Made by a program: the position numbers and the translations under genes
Origin: Kaistia sp.
GTDB lineage: Bacteria > Pseudomonadota > Alphaproteobacteria > Rhizobiales > Kaistiaceae
DNA length: 64,000 nucleotides
Direction of reading: 5' to 3'
NCBI GenBank assembly: GCA_965227845.1
Contig: OZ245770.1
Coordinates: 2,715,017 to 2,779,016 of the forward strand
In this document: piece by piece, positions 39,746 to 49,520 of the stretch
Numbering within the stretch: position 1 is the first letter of the stretch
How the letters are laid out: every line of letters starts with the position of its first letter
The notes under the pieces: model-generated
What the model saw: the letters and a program-made list of their open reading frames with translations, nothing else
What the model was told of the DNA's origin: nothing
Databases searched by the model: none

Positions 39746-39832
39746 CTGCCTCTACTGGCAGAAGGGTTAAGGCGCATGGCCCTGTCAAGGTGAACTGCCA
39801 GCGGCCCGGGGGCGGCCGTCGGCGCCGATGCG

Positions 39833-40570
39833 TCAGAGGCTGGCGAGAAAGAGGCGGATCAGCCGGACGCTCTCGGCACTGATGCCGGCGATGAGCCGCT
39901 CGCCCTTTTCGGCCGTCGCCGGCCGCGGATCGCCGAAGACGCCCGAATGGTTGAAGGTCGAAAGATCGAGCGGGACAGTGCCGAACAGTTCCGGGAAGAT
40001 CGGGTATTCGGGTGCAGCCTTGTCCGTCTGCACGAGCTCAGGCGCGAGCGCCAGCATCATCGAGGTCTCGACCTCGTCGGCATGATAGAAGGTCGGCGCG
40101 GCCGGCTGGCTGTCGCAGATCGCGGTCGCGATGCGCTCCATGCCGGGATAATCGAGATACATCACCGGAAAGCCGAGCTCCGTCTTCAAGAGCCGCGCGG
40201 CGAGCGCAATCGGCTCGCGATTGCCGAAATGGCCGTTGACGATGACCAGCGCGCGGACACCCATGCGGGCGAGGCCGCGACCAAGATCCACCAGCACGGC
40301 GCGCAGCGTATCGGGCGAAAGCGACAGCGTGCCGACGAAGCCCTCATTGTTCCAGGCATCGCCATAGGCGATGGGCGGCAAGAGCAGCGCATCGAGCGCC
40401 TCGGCGATCCGCCGCGCGACGCCATGGGCCATCACCGTATCGGTGGAGAGCGGCAGATGCGCGCCATGCTGTTCCTGCGCGCCGACCGCGAGCAGGGCGA
40501 CGGCCCCTTTCGCGATCGCGGCCTTCGCCTCCGGCGACGTCGCGGCGTGGAGATCGAGCATGGTTCTCAT
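39833..40570 (-). CDS. Creatininase (creatinine amidohydrolase) family protein
   Basis: GAQEQHGAHLPLSTD, VNGHFGN, HADEVETS, GVFGDP. Confidence 0.9.
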   Translation of the reverse strand: MRTMLDLHAATSPEAKAAIAKGAVALLAVGAQEQHGAHLPLSTDTVMAHGVARRIAEALDALLLPPIAYGDAWNNEGFVGTLSLSPDTLRAVLVDLGRGLARMGVRALVIVNGHFGNREPIALAARLLKTELGFPVMYLDYPGMERIATAICDSQPAAPTFYHADEVETSMMLALAPELVQTDKAAPEYPIFPELFGTVPLDLSTFNHSGVFGDPRPATAEKGERLIAGISAESVRLIRLFLASL

Positions 40571-41517
40571 TCCTTGTCCGGACGGCCACGCCGGAACGGG
40601 ACGCCGAGCGCAGCGGGCGCGCCGCTTCGGCCGACGAAGCCGGCGAGCACGATGATCGTCAATACATAAGGAAGCATCAGCAGAAACTGGAACGGCACGC
40701 CGGTCGGCAGGATCTGCGCCCGGAGCTGCAGCGCATCCGCTGCGCCGAAGAGGAGCGCGGCGAGCAGCACGCCGAAGGGATGGCGGCGGCCGAGGATGAG
40801 GATGGCGAGCGCGATGTAGCCGCGCCCAGCCGTCATGCCGTCGATGAACACACCGGTCGCCGACAGCGACAGGAATGCGCCGCCGAGCCCTGCGAGCCCG
40901 CCCGAGATGGCGATGGCGCGGAAGCGAATGCGCTCGACATCGAGGCCGAGCGTCTCGGCTGCGGCCGGATGCTCGCCGACGGCGCGGATATCGAGGCCGA
41001 AGCGGGTCTTCGCCATCAGGAACCAGGCGACGAGCACCAAAGCGAGCGCAACATAGGCGAGCGCGTCCTGGCGGAAGAGCAGCGGGCCGATCACCGGGAT
41101 ATCGCCGAGCGCGCCGAGATCGAGCGGCACGAACGCATCGACGCGCGGGCGATCCGTGCCGGTGCCGAAGGCGAGGCGATAGAAGAATGAGGTCACCCCG
41201 ACGGCCAAGAGGTTGATCGCGATGCCGACGACGACCTGGTTGGCGCCGAGCGTGATCGTGTAAAATCCGAGGACGAGGCCTGTGGCGATCCCGGCCGCGA
41301 TGGCAGCGACAACGCCGATCGCCAGATGGCCGCTGGCATAGGCGGCGGCGAAGCCGACAAAGGCGCCGACCAGCATCATGCCTTCAAGGCCGATATTGAG
41401 CACGCCCGACCGCTCGGCGAAGACGCCGCCGAGCGCCGCCAGCATGATCGGGATGGCGAGCCGCATCGAGGCCGACAGGAACCCGGCGAAGGTCGGATCG
41501 GTGAGGAGCGCGATCAC
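40567..41517 (-). CDS. ABC transporter permease (nucleoside/CUT2-type)
   Basis: AERSGVLNIGLEG, RAVGEHP, MTAGRGYIALA, LPYVLT. Confidence 0.92.
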   Translation of the reverse strand: MIALLTDPTFAGFLSASMRLAIPIMLAALGGVFAERSGVLNIGLEGMMLVGAFVGFAAAYASGHLAIGVVAAIAAGIATGLVLGFYTITLGANQVVVGIAINLLAVGVTSFFYRLAFGTGTDRPRVDAFVPLDLGALGDIPVIGPLLFRQDALAYVALALVLVAWFLMAKTRFGLDIRAVGEHPAAAETLGLDVERIRFRAIAISGGLAGLGGAFLSLSATGVFIDGMTAGRGYIALAILILGRRHPFGVLLAALLFGAADALQLRAQILPTGVPFQFLLMLPYVLTIIVLAGFVGRSGAPAALGVPFRRGRPDKE

Positions 41518-42596
41518 GGACGAACCCTCCGCCTGAAGATGCCGGAAAGGCGGTCCCGCAGCATCGGCAGGGCAGCACGGCCGATCAGGAACAGCACGAC
41601 GAGACCCTGGATGACCGTCGTCAGCGTCGAGGGCACGCCGGCTGCGGATTCCATCGTCGAGGCGCCGATCTGAAGCGCCGCGAACAGGAAGGCGCTGGCG
41701 AGAACGCCGAACGGATTGGTCTGGCCGAGCAGGGCGACGATGATCGCGGTGTAGCCGAAGCCGGGCGAGAGGTTTTCGATCATCCGCCGCTGGACGCCGG
41801 CGACCTCCGAGAAACCGGCAAGCCCGGCCAGCGCGCCGCAGACGAGGAAGCCGAACAGGATGGTGCGGCGGACATCGATGCCGGCATTTTCAGCCGCGCG
41901 CGGATTGAAGCCAACGACGCGCAGGCGGAAGCCATCGGTGCGCCGCCACAGGAAGAGATGCGCCAGCACGGCCGCGACGAGCACGATGAGGATGCCGGCG
42001 TGAAGGCGCGTTCCCGCGAGCAGAACCGGAAGGCGGCCATCCGTGGTCAGGCGAGCCGTCTGCGCCAGTGCCCCGTTCGGGTCCTTGAGCGGACCGTGCA
42101 GCAGGAACGAGACGAGATGGATCGCGACGTAATTGAGCATGATCGTCGTGATCAGCTCGTCGGCCCGAAAGCGAAGCTTGAGGACGGCGGCAAGGCCAGA
42201 CCACAGCGCTCCGGCCAGCGCCGCCGCGAGCGCCATCGCGGGCAGGAGCATGAAGGCAGGCAGCCCTGCGCCATAGACGCCGGTGGCGCCAGCAGCGACG
42301 CCGCCGAGGAACAACTGGCCCTCGGCGCCGACATTGAACACGCCGGCGCGGAAGGCGAGCGCGATACCGAGCCCGCAGAGCGCCAGCGGAACCGTGCGCA
42401 CCAGCGTTTCGGCGAGGCCGTTCTGCGAGCCGAGCGCCGCCTCGAACAGCGCGCCATAGGCGGTGAGCGGGTTGACGCCCACCGCCGCGATCAGGAGTGC
42501 GCCGACAAGGAAGGCGGCGGCAACAGACGCCAGGCTGCCGATCAGGCCGGGGGGAAGACGCAGGCGCGAGACGATCGGGGACGAGGGCGTGTTCAT
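41514..42596 (-). CDS. ABC transporter permease (nucleoside/CUT2-type)
   Basis: GVFNVGAEGQL, ELITTIMLNY, GFNPRAA, GFGYTAIIVALLG. Confidence 0.92.
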   Translation of the reverse strand: MNTPSSPIVSRLRLPPGLIGSLASVAAAFLVGALLIAAVGVNPLTAYGALFEAALGSQNGLAETLVRTVPLALCGLGIALAFRAGVFNVGAEGQLFLGGVAAGATGVYGAGLPAFMLLPAMALAAALAGALWSGLAAVLKLRFRADELITTIMLNYVAIHLVSFLLHGPLKDPNGALAQTARLTTDGRLPVLLAGTRLHAGILIVLVAAVLAHLFLWRRTDGFRLRVVGFNPRAAENAGIDVRRTILFGFLVCGALAGLAGFSEVAGVQRRMIENLSPGFGYTAIIVALLGQTNPFGVLASAFLFAALQIGASTMESAAGVPSTLTTVIQGLVVLFLIGRAALPMLRDRLSGIFRRRVRP

Positions 42597-44200
42597 GCCG
42601 CGCGCCCCGCCATCATCAGACCGAGCCGTTCCACGCTCACCTCGGCGCGGGCGACGACGCCGACCAGGCGGCCCTTGAACATCACGGCGACGCGGTCGGA
42701 CAGCGCCAGGATCTCGTCGAGTTCGGTCGAGACCAGCAGCACGCCGGCGCCGGCGGCGCGGCGGGCGAGCAATTGGCGATGCACGAAGGCGGTGGCGCCG
42801 ACATCGAGGCCACGGGCCGGCTGGACCGCGACGAGCAGGCGCGGATCGCGCGACAGCGCCCGGCCGAGCACCACCTTCTGCTGGTTGCCGCCGGAAAGCG
42901 TGCCGACGCTCTGCTCCGGCCCGCTGGCGCGGACGTCGAAGGCGGCCATCACGTCGCGGGCCAGCGCGGCGACCGCGCCACGGTCGAGCCAGCCGCCGCG
43001 GGAGAAGGGCGGCGCTCCGACACGCTCGAGCACGATGTTGTCGCGGATCGACATCGGCTCGACGAGCGCGGTGCGATGACGGTCCTCGGGAATATGCGCG
43101 AGGCCGAGTGCGATGCGGCGGGCGATGGGCGCCGCCGACACATCCTCGCCCGCCAGGTGGATCGTGCCGGCCGCGACCCGCGACAGGCCGACGACGGCCT
43201 CGGCGAGTTCCTGCTGGCCGTTGCCGTCGACGCCGGCGACGCCGACGATCTCGCCGGCACCGACCGCGAGGCTGACGCCGTCGACGCGGACGAGACCGCG
43301 CGCATCGCGGCAGACGAGATCGGATATCAGCAGGATGGGCGCCCGTGCCTCGGCGGTCGCCGGCTGTGCCGCCTCTTCGAGCCGCGGCAGCGCAACCTCG
43401 GCGCCGACCATCATCCGGGCGAGACCGCGGGCATCCGTTTCCGCCGTCACGGCGGTCGCGACGACCTTGCCCTGGCGCAGCACCGTGACCTTTTCGGTGA
43501 GCGCCATGACCTCGTTCAGCTTGTGGCTGATGAAGACGATCGCCGTGCCCTCGGCCGCGAGCGTCCGGAGGATGCGGAAGAGGCCCTCGGTCTCCTGCGG
43601 TGTCAGCACGGCCGTCGGCTCGTCGAGCACGAGGATGCGCGCGCCGCGATAGAGCGCCTTCAGGATCTCGACCCGCTGCTGGCCGGCGATCGAGAGGCTG
43701 TCGATGCGGGCCGAGGGATCGATGTCCAGGCTATAGGTCTCGGCGAGGGTCCGGACCCTCGCCGCGACGCTCTTCAGATCGGGGATGAAACGGCCGGTCG
43801 AGGCGAGGCCGAGGCAGACATTCTCGGCGACCGTCAGCGTCGGGACGAGCATGAAATGCTGGTGCACCATGCCGATGCCGAGCCGCATCGCCTCCTGCGC
43901 CGAACCGAGCCTCTCGACGCGGCCCGCGATGCGGATTTCCCCTGCCGCCGGCACGATGAGCCCGGCGAGGACCCGCATCAGCGTCGACTTGCCCGCGCCG
44001 TTCTCGCCGAGCAGCGCATGGATTTCGCCGGAGGCGACGGCGAGATCGACATCGTCATTGGCGAGGAACGTGCCAAAGGCGACGCGGATGCCGCGCATGT
44101 CGAGAAGGGGAAGAGGTTCGGTCATTGGCCGCGACCGAGGCGATGGGCCCTCGCCCCCCTTGTGGGGGAGCGATGGAGAGGGGCGAGCTGCGTCGGGCAT
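42593..44200 (-). CDS. ABC transporter ATP-binding protein, two NBDs (nucleoside/CUT2-type)
   Basis: GENGAGKST, LDEPTAVL, FISHKL, LSGGNQQK. Start is ATG 44125 (no SD) or ATG 44200 (GAAGGT SD). Confidence 0.93.
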   Translation of the reverse strand: MPDAARPSPSLPHKGGEGPSPRSRPMTEPLPLLDMRGIRVAFGTFLANDDVDLAVASGEIHALLGENGAGKSTLMRVLAGLIVPAAGEIRIAGRVERLGSAQEAMRLGIGMVHQHFMLVPTLTVAENVCLGLASTGRFIPDLKSVAARVRTLAETYSLDIDPSARIDSLSIAGQQRVEILKALYRGARILVLDEPTAVLTPQETEGLFRILRTLAAEGTAIVFISHKLNEVMALTEKVTVLRQGKVVATAVTAETDARGLARMMVGAEVALPRLEEAAQPATAEARAPILLISDLVCRDARGLVRVDGVSLAVGAGEIVGVAGVDGNGQQELAEAVVGLSRVAAGTIHLAGEDVSAAPIARRIALGLAHIPEDRHRTALVEPMSIRDNIVLERVGAPPFSRGGWLDRGAVAALARDVMAAFDVRASGPEQSVGTLSGGNQQKVVLGRALSRDPRLLVAVQPARGLDVGATAFVHRQLLARRAAGAGVLLVSTELDEILALSDRVAVMFKGRLVGVVARAEVSVERLGLMMAGRAA

Positions 44201-44275
44201 GCAAACGACCTTCGACGGCAGAGCGTCTTCAGGGACCGCCGCCTCGCTCGCCCTCCCCCGCTGCGCGGGAGAGGG
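44148..44275. repeat. Alphaproteobacterial REP/RIME-like element (two GC hairpins)
   Basis: tcgc-c-ccccc-ttgt-ggggg-a-gcga (44151-44173) and ccctc-c-cccgc-tgc-gcggg-a-gaggg (44251-44275); they resemble the CCCTCTCCC..GGGAGAGGG repeats common in Rhizobiales. Confidence 0.65.
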
Positions 44276-44288
44276 GAAGACGCTGCCC

Positions 44289-45269
44289 TCACTCCGCGTT
44301 CGACGTATCGAGCGGCACGGTGAAGGCGCCCGACTTGATCGCCTCGAACTTGGCCTGCACCGCCTTCAGCACCGCGGGCGGCACGCCGGCATCGAGGCCA
44401 TGGAAATCGGCGAGCTTCACCGAGCCCTCGGGAATGCCATAGGACCAGTTCTGGCTCTTCCAGCTCTTGTCCTCGACCGCCTTGGCGACTGCCGTCACCA
44501 GCGGGCCGAGATCCCAGGTGACCGAGGTCAGCACGACCTTGGGCCCGAGATGGTTCTGATCGGTCATGGCGCCGAGGGCGAAGACATTCTTGGCGATCGC
44601 AGCGTCGATGACGCCGACGCCCTGTGCCGAGAGCACGTCGGCGCCCTGCTCGACCTGCGCGATGGCGGCTTCCTTGGCCTTCGGCGGATCGAACCAGGAG
44701 CCGATGAAGGTGTGCAGCACCTTGGCGTCCGGCACCATCTCCTTCGCGCCCGCCTCATAGGCATGGAGATTGGCGAGCATGTTCGGCGCCGGCATGCCGC
44801 CGACCCAGCCGATGGTCTTGGTCTTCGAAGCGCCGGCGCCGAGCATGCCCGCGAGATAGGCACCCTGGTAGTCGGGGTTCGAATAGGTGCCGAGATTGGG
44901 CGCCAGTTCCTTGGCCGTGCCGGCCATGAACACCGTGTTCGGGAAATCCTCGGCGACGTTGTGCGCCGCATCGCCGAACGAGAAGGAATGGGCGAAGACG
45001 AGGCCGTAGCCGCGCGAGGCATAGTCGCGCAGGATGCGCTCTGCATCGGCGTCGGAGACGTTTTCCGAATAGGCGACTTCGACGCCGAGCGCCTTGGCGG
45101 CGGCCTCGAGACCGTTATAGCCGACCGAATTCCAGTCATTGTCGCTGATCGGGCCCGGCAGGACCATCGCGACCTTGAGGCCTTCGGCCTCGGCAAGGCC
45201 CGCGCCGCCGAGCGCCAGCGGCAGCAGCGCCAGCGCGAGTTTGAGACCCGTGCGCATCTTCTTGAACAT
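44289..45269 (-). CDS. BMP family ABC transporter substrate-binding protein (purine/nucleoside type)
   Basis: Signal peptide, PGPISDNDWN, GYLAGML, IGSWFDPPK, QGADV. Confidence 0.9.
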   Translation of the reverse strand: MFKKMRTGLKLALALLPLALGGAGLAEAEGLKVAMVLPGPISDNDWNSVGYNGLEAAAKALGVEVAYSENVSDADAERILRDYASRGYGLVFAHSFSFGDAAHNVAEDFPNTVFMAGTAKELAPNLGTYSNPDYQGAYLAGMLGAGASKTKTIGWVGGMPAPNMLANLHAYEAGAKEMVPDAKVLHTFIGSWFDPPKAKEAAIAQVEQGADVLSAQGVGVIDAAIAKNVFALGAMTDQNHLGPKVVLTSVTWDLGPLVTAVAKAVEDKSWKSQNWSYGIPEGSVKLADFHGLDAGVPPAVLKAVQAKFEAIKSGAFTVPLDTSNAE

Positions 45270-45391
45270 CGTCGTCCCCGCTCGTTCGAACCGTTTCAAC
45301 ACTGGTCTAGTCGAAGCGTGCATTTTCGCCAGCCCGAATTGCGTGCGCCGCACCACGAAATGTGCACATCAAATCGACTTTCGTGTGCGCA

Positions 45392-47272
45392 CTACCAGAC
45401 GATGGGATGCGTATCACCCGTCGCAACGTTGACGAAGCCCTCCGGCGCCAGTGGCGAGGGCGCGACGAGCACCCAGCGCCAGGGCGCGCAGGTGAGCGTC
45501 GCGAAGGAGAGACGCTCGGGAAAGCCCGGCCACCAGCGCGGCGAGAAGGTCGGCTCGTACATCCAGTCGATGCCCGCGCCCGCTGCATAGAGCGCCTGCA
45601 TCTCGGCATCGAGCTCTGCGGCAGGCCGCGCCGTCATCAGGCCGCCGACCTCGTAGAACACCCGCGCAATCACCTTGCCGCTGGAAACCAGCACCCAGCC
45701 GCCCTGCTGTTCGGCGAGCGCATTGGCAACCAGCGCCATCGCCGCGTCGGAAGAGCCGGTGACCCAGATATTGTGCTTGTCATGGCCGAGCGTCGCGCCG
45801 AGCGCCGTATCGGGCGTGCGCGGGCCGGTGCCGAGCCAGAACATCTTCGACACCTTCGCCTCGCCAGAAAAGCGGTCGACGATGGCGAATTTGGTGACGT
45901 TGCGGCTCGCGTCGCGCTGCACGGCGCCATCCTCGACCGGCAGTTCCATGGTGATGAAGTCGTCATGCCAATGGAACGGCCTGAGCAGCGCCGCCTTGGC
46001 GGTCGTCGCACCCGGCGTCGGCGCCGCGATCCTGAAATCAGCCGCCGTCACCGTGCGGCCGAGATTGACGGTGCGCGTCGCCCATTCGGGCCAGTCGATC
46101 TTCGGCAGCGGACCCTCATACTGCCCGGCATCGGCCGCAAGGCGTCCATCGGCGAAGACCTTGGCGATGCGGAGCGTCGCGACATCATCAAGTAGAACGA
46201 CATCGGCGAAGCGGCCCGGCGCGATCGAACCGACCCAGGGCGTCAACCGCATGTGGCGGGCCGGATTGATCGTGACGCACTGGATCGCGATCTCGGGCGG
46301 AAGGCCGCTTTCGATGGCGGTGCGGACATTGTGGTCGGTGGCGCCGATCTTCAGCGTATCCGAGGCGCTGCGATCGTCGGTGACGAAGGCGACCTGCGAC
46401 CAGTCGGAAAGGCCCTTGGCGATGAGGCCCTTGATGACGTCGCCAAGCGAATGCAGGCGCAGTTCGACGAAGAGGCCGTGCGTCAGCTTGTCCCAAACCT
46501 CCTCGACGAACCAGCCTTCGTGGTCGGAGGCCATGCCGGCGGCGGCGAAGGCGTTGATCGTGGCGAGATCGCGGAGACCGGCGGCATGGCCCTCGACGAC
46601 GCCGCGCTTCTCGAAGGTGGCGCGGATCATGCCCCAGAGCCGGTCATAGGACGGATTTTCCGGGTTCCAGACCGAGGGCCAGTCCATGACCTCGTCGAGC
46701 CCGGCGACCATCAGGCTGTCGGCCATGAACTGCTTCTGGTCGTCATAGCCGAACCAGCCGCCGCCCCATTCATAGGCGGTGGGCGGCACGGCGGAGCCGG
46801 GCAGCGGGAAGATCTTCATCGGCGAGCCGCGCCGGCGTGCCTCGAGCCAGAATTCGAGATTGCGGCCGCCATTCACGTTGGAGAATTCGTGGCTCGCCTC
46901 GCAGACCCAGGTGACCCCGTGCGGCATGACAAGCGCCGCCTCGTGTTCCGGCGTCAGATGCGAGCTCTCGATATGCTTGTGCGCCTCGCCGAAGCCGGGG
47001 ACGGCGGCGAGATCCGGCTCATGCAGCCGCTCGGCGGCCTCTCCGGTCCAAGAGCCGGCCGGGCCGACATAGGCGATGCGCCGGCCCTTGATGACGATCT
47101 CCTGATCGGGAAGCCAGGTCCGCGAATGCACGTCGAGCAAGCGCCCGACCCGGAGCACGCGGTCGGCCGGGCGCTTGCCGAGCGCGGTCAGCGTCAGGTC
47201 CTGGCGGATGGCGATCTCCTGCTCGGCCTCGATGAGGAGATCGTCGGGAAGCGGCGCAGCGGCATCGACCAT
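45392..47272 (-). CDS. Adenine deaminase (AdeC/COG1001) family protein, divergent
   Basis: PGFGEAHKHIESSHLTP, GLDEVM, EGHAAG, SDHEG, FVTDDR, TINPARH, GSIAPGRFAD, GHDKHNI. Confidence 0.85.
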   Translation of the reverse strand: MVDAAAPLPDDLLIEAEQEIAIRQDLTLTALGKRPADRVLRVGRLLDVHSRTWLPDQEIVIKGRRIAYVGPAGSWTGEAAERLHEPDLAAVPGFGEAHKHIESSHLTPEHEAALVMPHGVTWVCEASHEFSNVNGGRNLEFWLEARRRGSPMKIFPLPGSAVPPTAYEWGGGWFGYDDQKQFMADSLMVAGLDEVMDWPSVWNPENPSYDRLWGMIRATFEKRGVVEGHAAGLRDLATINAFAAAGMASDHEGWFVEEVWDKLTHGLFVELRLHSLGDVIKGLIAKGLSDWSQVAFVTDDRSASDTLKIGATDHNVRTAIESGLPPEIAIQCVTINPARHMRLTPWVGSIAPGRFADVVLLDDVATLRIAKVFADGRLAADAGQYEGPLPKIDWPEWATRTVNLGRTVTAADFRIAAPTPGATTAKAALLRPFHWHDDFITMELPVEDGAVQRDASRNVTKFAIVDRFSGEAKVSKMFWLGTGPRTPDTALGATLGHDKHNIWVTGSSDAAMALVANALAEQQGGWVLVSSGKVIARVFYEVGGLMTARPAAELDAEMQALYAAGAGIDWMYEPTFSPRWWPGFPERLSFATLTCAPWRWVLVAPSPLAPEGFVNVATGDTHPIVW

Positions 47273-47453
47273 GGGAACCTCGGCATTGGGGGTCCGGCAG
47301 AGGTAGAAGCGGGCGCGGCGGCTGTAAAGCGCCGCCCCGGGGTCCATGCGTGCCTCGCGGTGCACAGTCCGTTCGCAGCCCGGCCAGTATTCCCCAAGGC
47401 GCGGGCGGCCTATGGTCGAGACTTCCGAAACAGATCAGGGGCGGTGCCACGCC

Positions 47454-48422
47454 ATGCTCGTCGACGGCAAATGGTCCGCCAACTGGGACCCGGTTCAGGC
47501 CAAGGATGCCAAGGGCGGTTTCGTCCGCCAGATCTCATCTTTCCGCAACTTCGTCACGCCGGACGGTGGCGCCGGCCCGACCGGCAGCGGCGGCTTCAAG
47601 GCCGAGGCGGGCCGCTACCATCTCTATGTCGCGCTGATCTGTCCCTGGGCGTCGCGAACGCTGATCGCCCGCGCGGTGAAGCGGCTCGAAAACGTGATCG
47701 CCATCACCGTCGTCGAGCCCGCTTTGACCGAGGAAGGCTGGCGCTTCGGCGACGATGCCGATTGCCGGCCCGATCCGGTGGGCGGCGCGCGCTACATGCA
47801 TGAAATCTACACCAAGGCGGACCCGCATTTCACCGGCCGCGCCACGGTGCCCGTGCTCTACGACATCCAGCGGGACACGATCGTCAACAACGAATCGGCC
47901 GATATCGTCCGCATGCTGAATTCAGGATTCGGCAGCCTCGCCGAAGACAGCGTCGATCTCTATCCCGAGGCGCTCAGGCCCGAGATCGACGCGCTCAACG
48001 AGCGGATCTATCCGCGGCTCAACAACGGCGTCTACCGCGCCGGCTTCGCGACGACGCAGATCGCCTATGACGAGGCCTTTGCCGATGTGTTCGCGATGCT
48101 GGACGAACTCGAGAAGCGGCTCGACGGGCACAGCTTCCTGGTCGGGGAGCGCTTCACCGAGAGCGACATCCGCACCTTCGTGACGCTCGTCCGCTTCGAT
48201 GCCGCCTATAACGGCATCTTCAAGTGCAACCGCCGCCGCCTCGCCGACTATCCCCGGCTCTCGGCCTATCTGGAGCGTATCCTCGCCGTGCCCGGGGTCG
48301 CGGCCACGGTTTCGATCGACCACATCAAGCGCGGCTATTATTCCGTGAAGGCCCTCAACCCGAACGGTATCGTGCCGCTTGGGCCCGACCTTCCCTTCGC
48401 CTCGCTTCTGGTACGCGCCTGA
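47454..48422 (+). CDS. Glutathionyl-hydroquinone reductase (YqjG/ECM4 GST family)
   Basis: GRYHLYVALICPWASR, TGRATVPVLYD, NNESADI, NNGVYRAGFA, HIKRGYY. Confidence 0.92.
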   Translation: MLVDGKWSANWDPVQAKDAKGGFVRQISSFRNFVTPDGGAGPTGSGGFKAEAGRYHLYVALICPWASRTLIARAVKRLENVIAITVVEPALTEEGWRFGDDADCRPDPVGGARYMHEIYTKADPHFTGRATVPVLYDIQRDTIVNNESADIVRMLNSGFGSLAEDSVDLYPEALRPEIDALNERIYPRLNNGVYRAGFATTQIAYDEAFADVFAMLDELEKRLDGHSFLVGERFTESDIRTFVTLVRFDAAYNGIFKCNRRRLADYPRLSAYLERILAVPGVAATVSIDHIKRGYYSVKALNPNGIVPLGPDLPFASLLVRA

Positions 48423-48443
48423 ACGGCTGATCGCACCGGCGCC

Positions 48444-49142
48444 TCATGCCATCTCGGCGAGCGCTTCCATCACCAGCGCGGCGGTGGGCGCGGCCGAGGC
48501 CGGATTCTGCCCGGTGATCAGCGCGCCGTCGCGGGTCGCGAACGGCGCGAAATCCGGTCCCGAGACGTGCAGGGCGCCGAGCTCGCGCAGCCGGCTTTCG
48601 AGCAGGAACGGCACTGCGCCGTCGAGCCCGACGGCGCGCTCCTCGCTGTCGGTGAAGGCGGCGAGCCGGCGCCCCTTCACCAGCGGCACGCCATGCTCGT
48701 CACGCGCGGCGACGAGGCCGGCCGGGCCGTGGCACACCGCCGCGACGATGGCGCCAGCGCCGAGCCGGCGCGCCACCAGATCGGCCAATGCGATGCTTTC
48801 AGGAAAATCGAACATCGTGCCGTGGCCGCCGGCAAGGAAGATCGCATCGAAGCCGCTGCCATCCAGCGTATCTAGGCGCGGTGTCGCCGCGGTCTTCTGC
48901 TTGAAGTCCTCGTCGCCAAACGACCGCTCGACCGACGGCTCGTTTTCGTAATCCGGCTTGAGGCTGCGCGGATCGACTGGAATGGCACCACCGGCGATCG
49001 ACGCGATCGTCACCTCGGCGCCGGCATCGCGGAAGGCATAGTAGGGCGTCGTCAGCTCTTCGAGCCAGAGGCCGGTCGGCTCGCCATTGTCCATCCGGGC
49101 GGCCGAGGTGGCGATGAGCAGGATCGTCTTCGGGCGGGTCAT
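48444..49142 (-). CDS. DJ-1/PfpI (type 1 GATase-like) protein, glyoxalase III-like
   Basis: TGLWLEELTTPY, GGHGTMFD, AVCHGP nucleophile, ITGQNPAS. Confidence 0.9.
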   Translation of the reverse strand: MTRPKTILLIATSAARMDNGEPTGLWLEELTTPYYAFRDAGAEVTIASIAGGAIPVDPRSLKPDYENEPSVERSFGDEDFKQKTAATPRLDTLDGSGFDAIFLAGGHGTMFDFPESIALADLVARRLGAGAIVAAVCHGPAGLVAARDEHGVPLVKGRRLAAFTDSEERAVGLDGAVPFLLESRLRELGALHVSGPDFAPFATRDGALITGQNPASAAPTAALVMEALAEMA

Positions 49143-49186
49143 GGCGTGTCCTCTTCAGGCTGAGCGCGCGCAGCAGTCGGCCTCAG

Positions 49187-49211
49187 AACGGCGCACGGGC
49201 GCCGAAGTTCC
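49187..49211 (-). promoter_or_regulatory. sigma-EcfG (general stress response)-type promoter for the DJ-1 gene
   Basis: GGAAC-N16-CGTT on the minus strand, exact consensus. Confidence 0.7.
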
Positions 49212-49289
49212 CCGGCAGTGGCCGGAGAACGCCAACGCGAAACGCTCCTTGGCCACCCGCGGTCGCGGCAACCGGCCATCTCCGACCGC

Positions 49290-49314
49290 GGAACCAAGCC
49301 GCGCGGCCCGCATT
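49290..49314 (+). promoter_or_regulatory. sigma-EcfG-type promoter for the entericidin gene
   Basis: GGAAC-N16-CATT. Confidence 0.55.
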
Positions 49315-49351
49315 GGCGCCTGGTGTCTTCCCCCAATGTGGAGATCTTTCG

Positions 49352-49489
49352 ATGAAATCGCTTCCCTCGACCGCGGTCGTCGTCGCCATGCTGCTCGCCG
49401 CGACCCTCGCCGGCTGCGCCAACACGGTCCGCGGTGTCGCGACCGACGTCAAGCAGACCGGGAACGCCGTGGAGGATTCGGTCCGCTAG
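49352..49489 (+). CDS. Entericidin EcnA/B family lipoprotein (45 aa, absent from the ORF track)
   Basis: MKSLPSTAVVVAMLLAATLAGC-ANTVRGVATDVKQTGNAVEDSVR; lipobox LAGC; GGAGA SD. Confidence 0.85.
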   Translation: MKSLPSTAVVVAMLLAATLAGCANTVRGVATDVKQTGNAVEDSVR

Positions 49490-49520
49490 CACGCCCGAAG
49501 CGCTTGCTGTCGCGGACCCG

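Noticed and set aside
39746-39800. Possible CtrA site (GGTTAA) upstream of the GGDEF gene
   Set aside because: Only a half-site; no TTAA-N7-TTAA.
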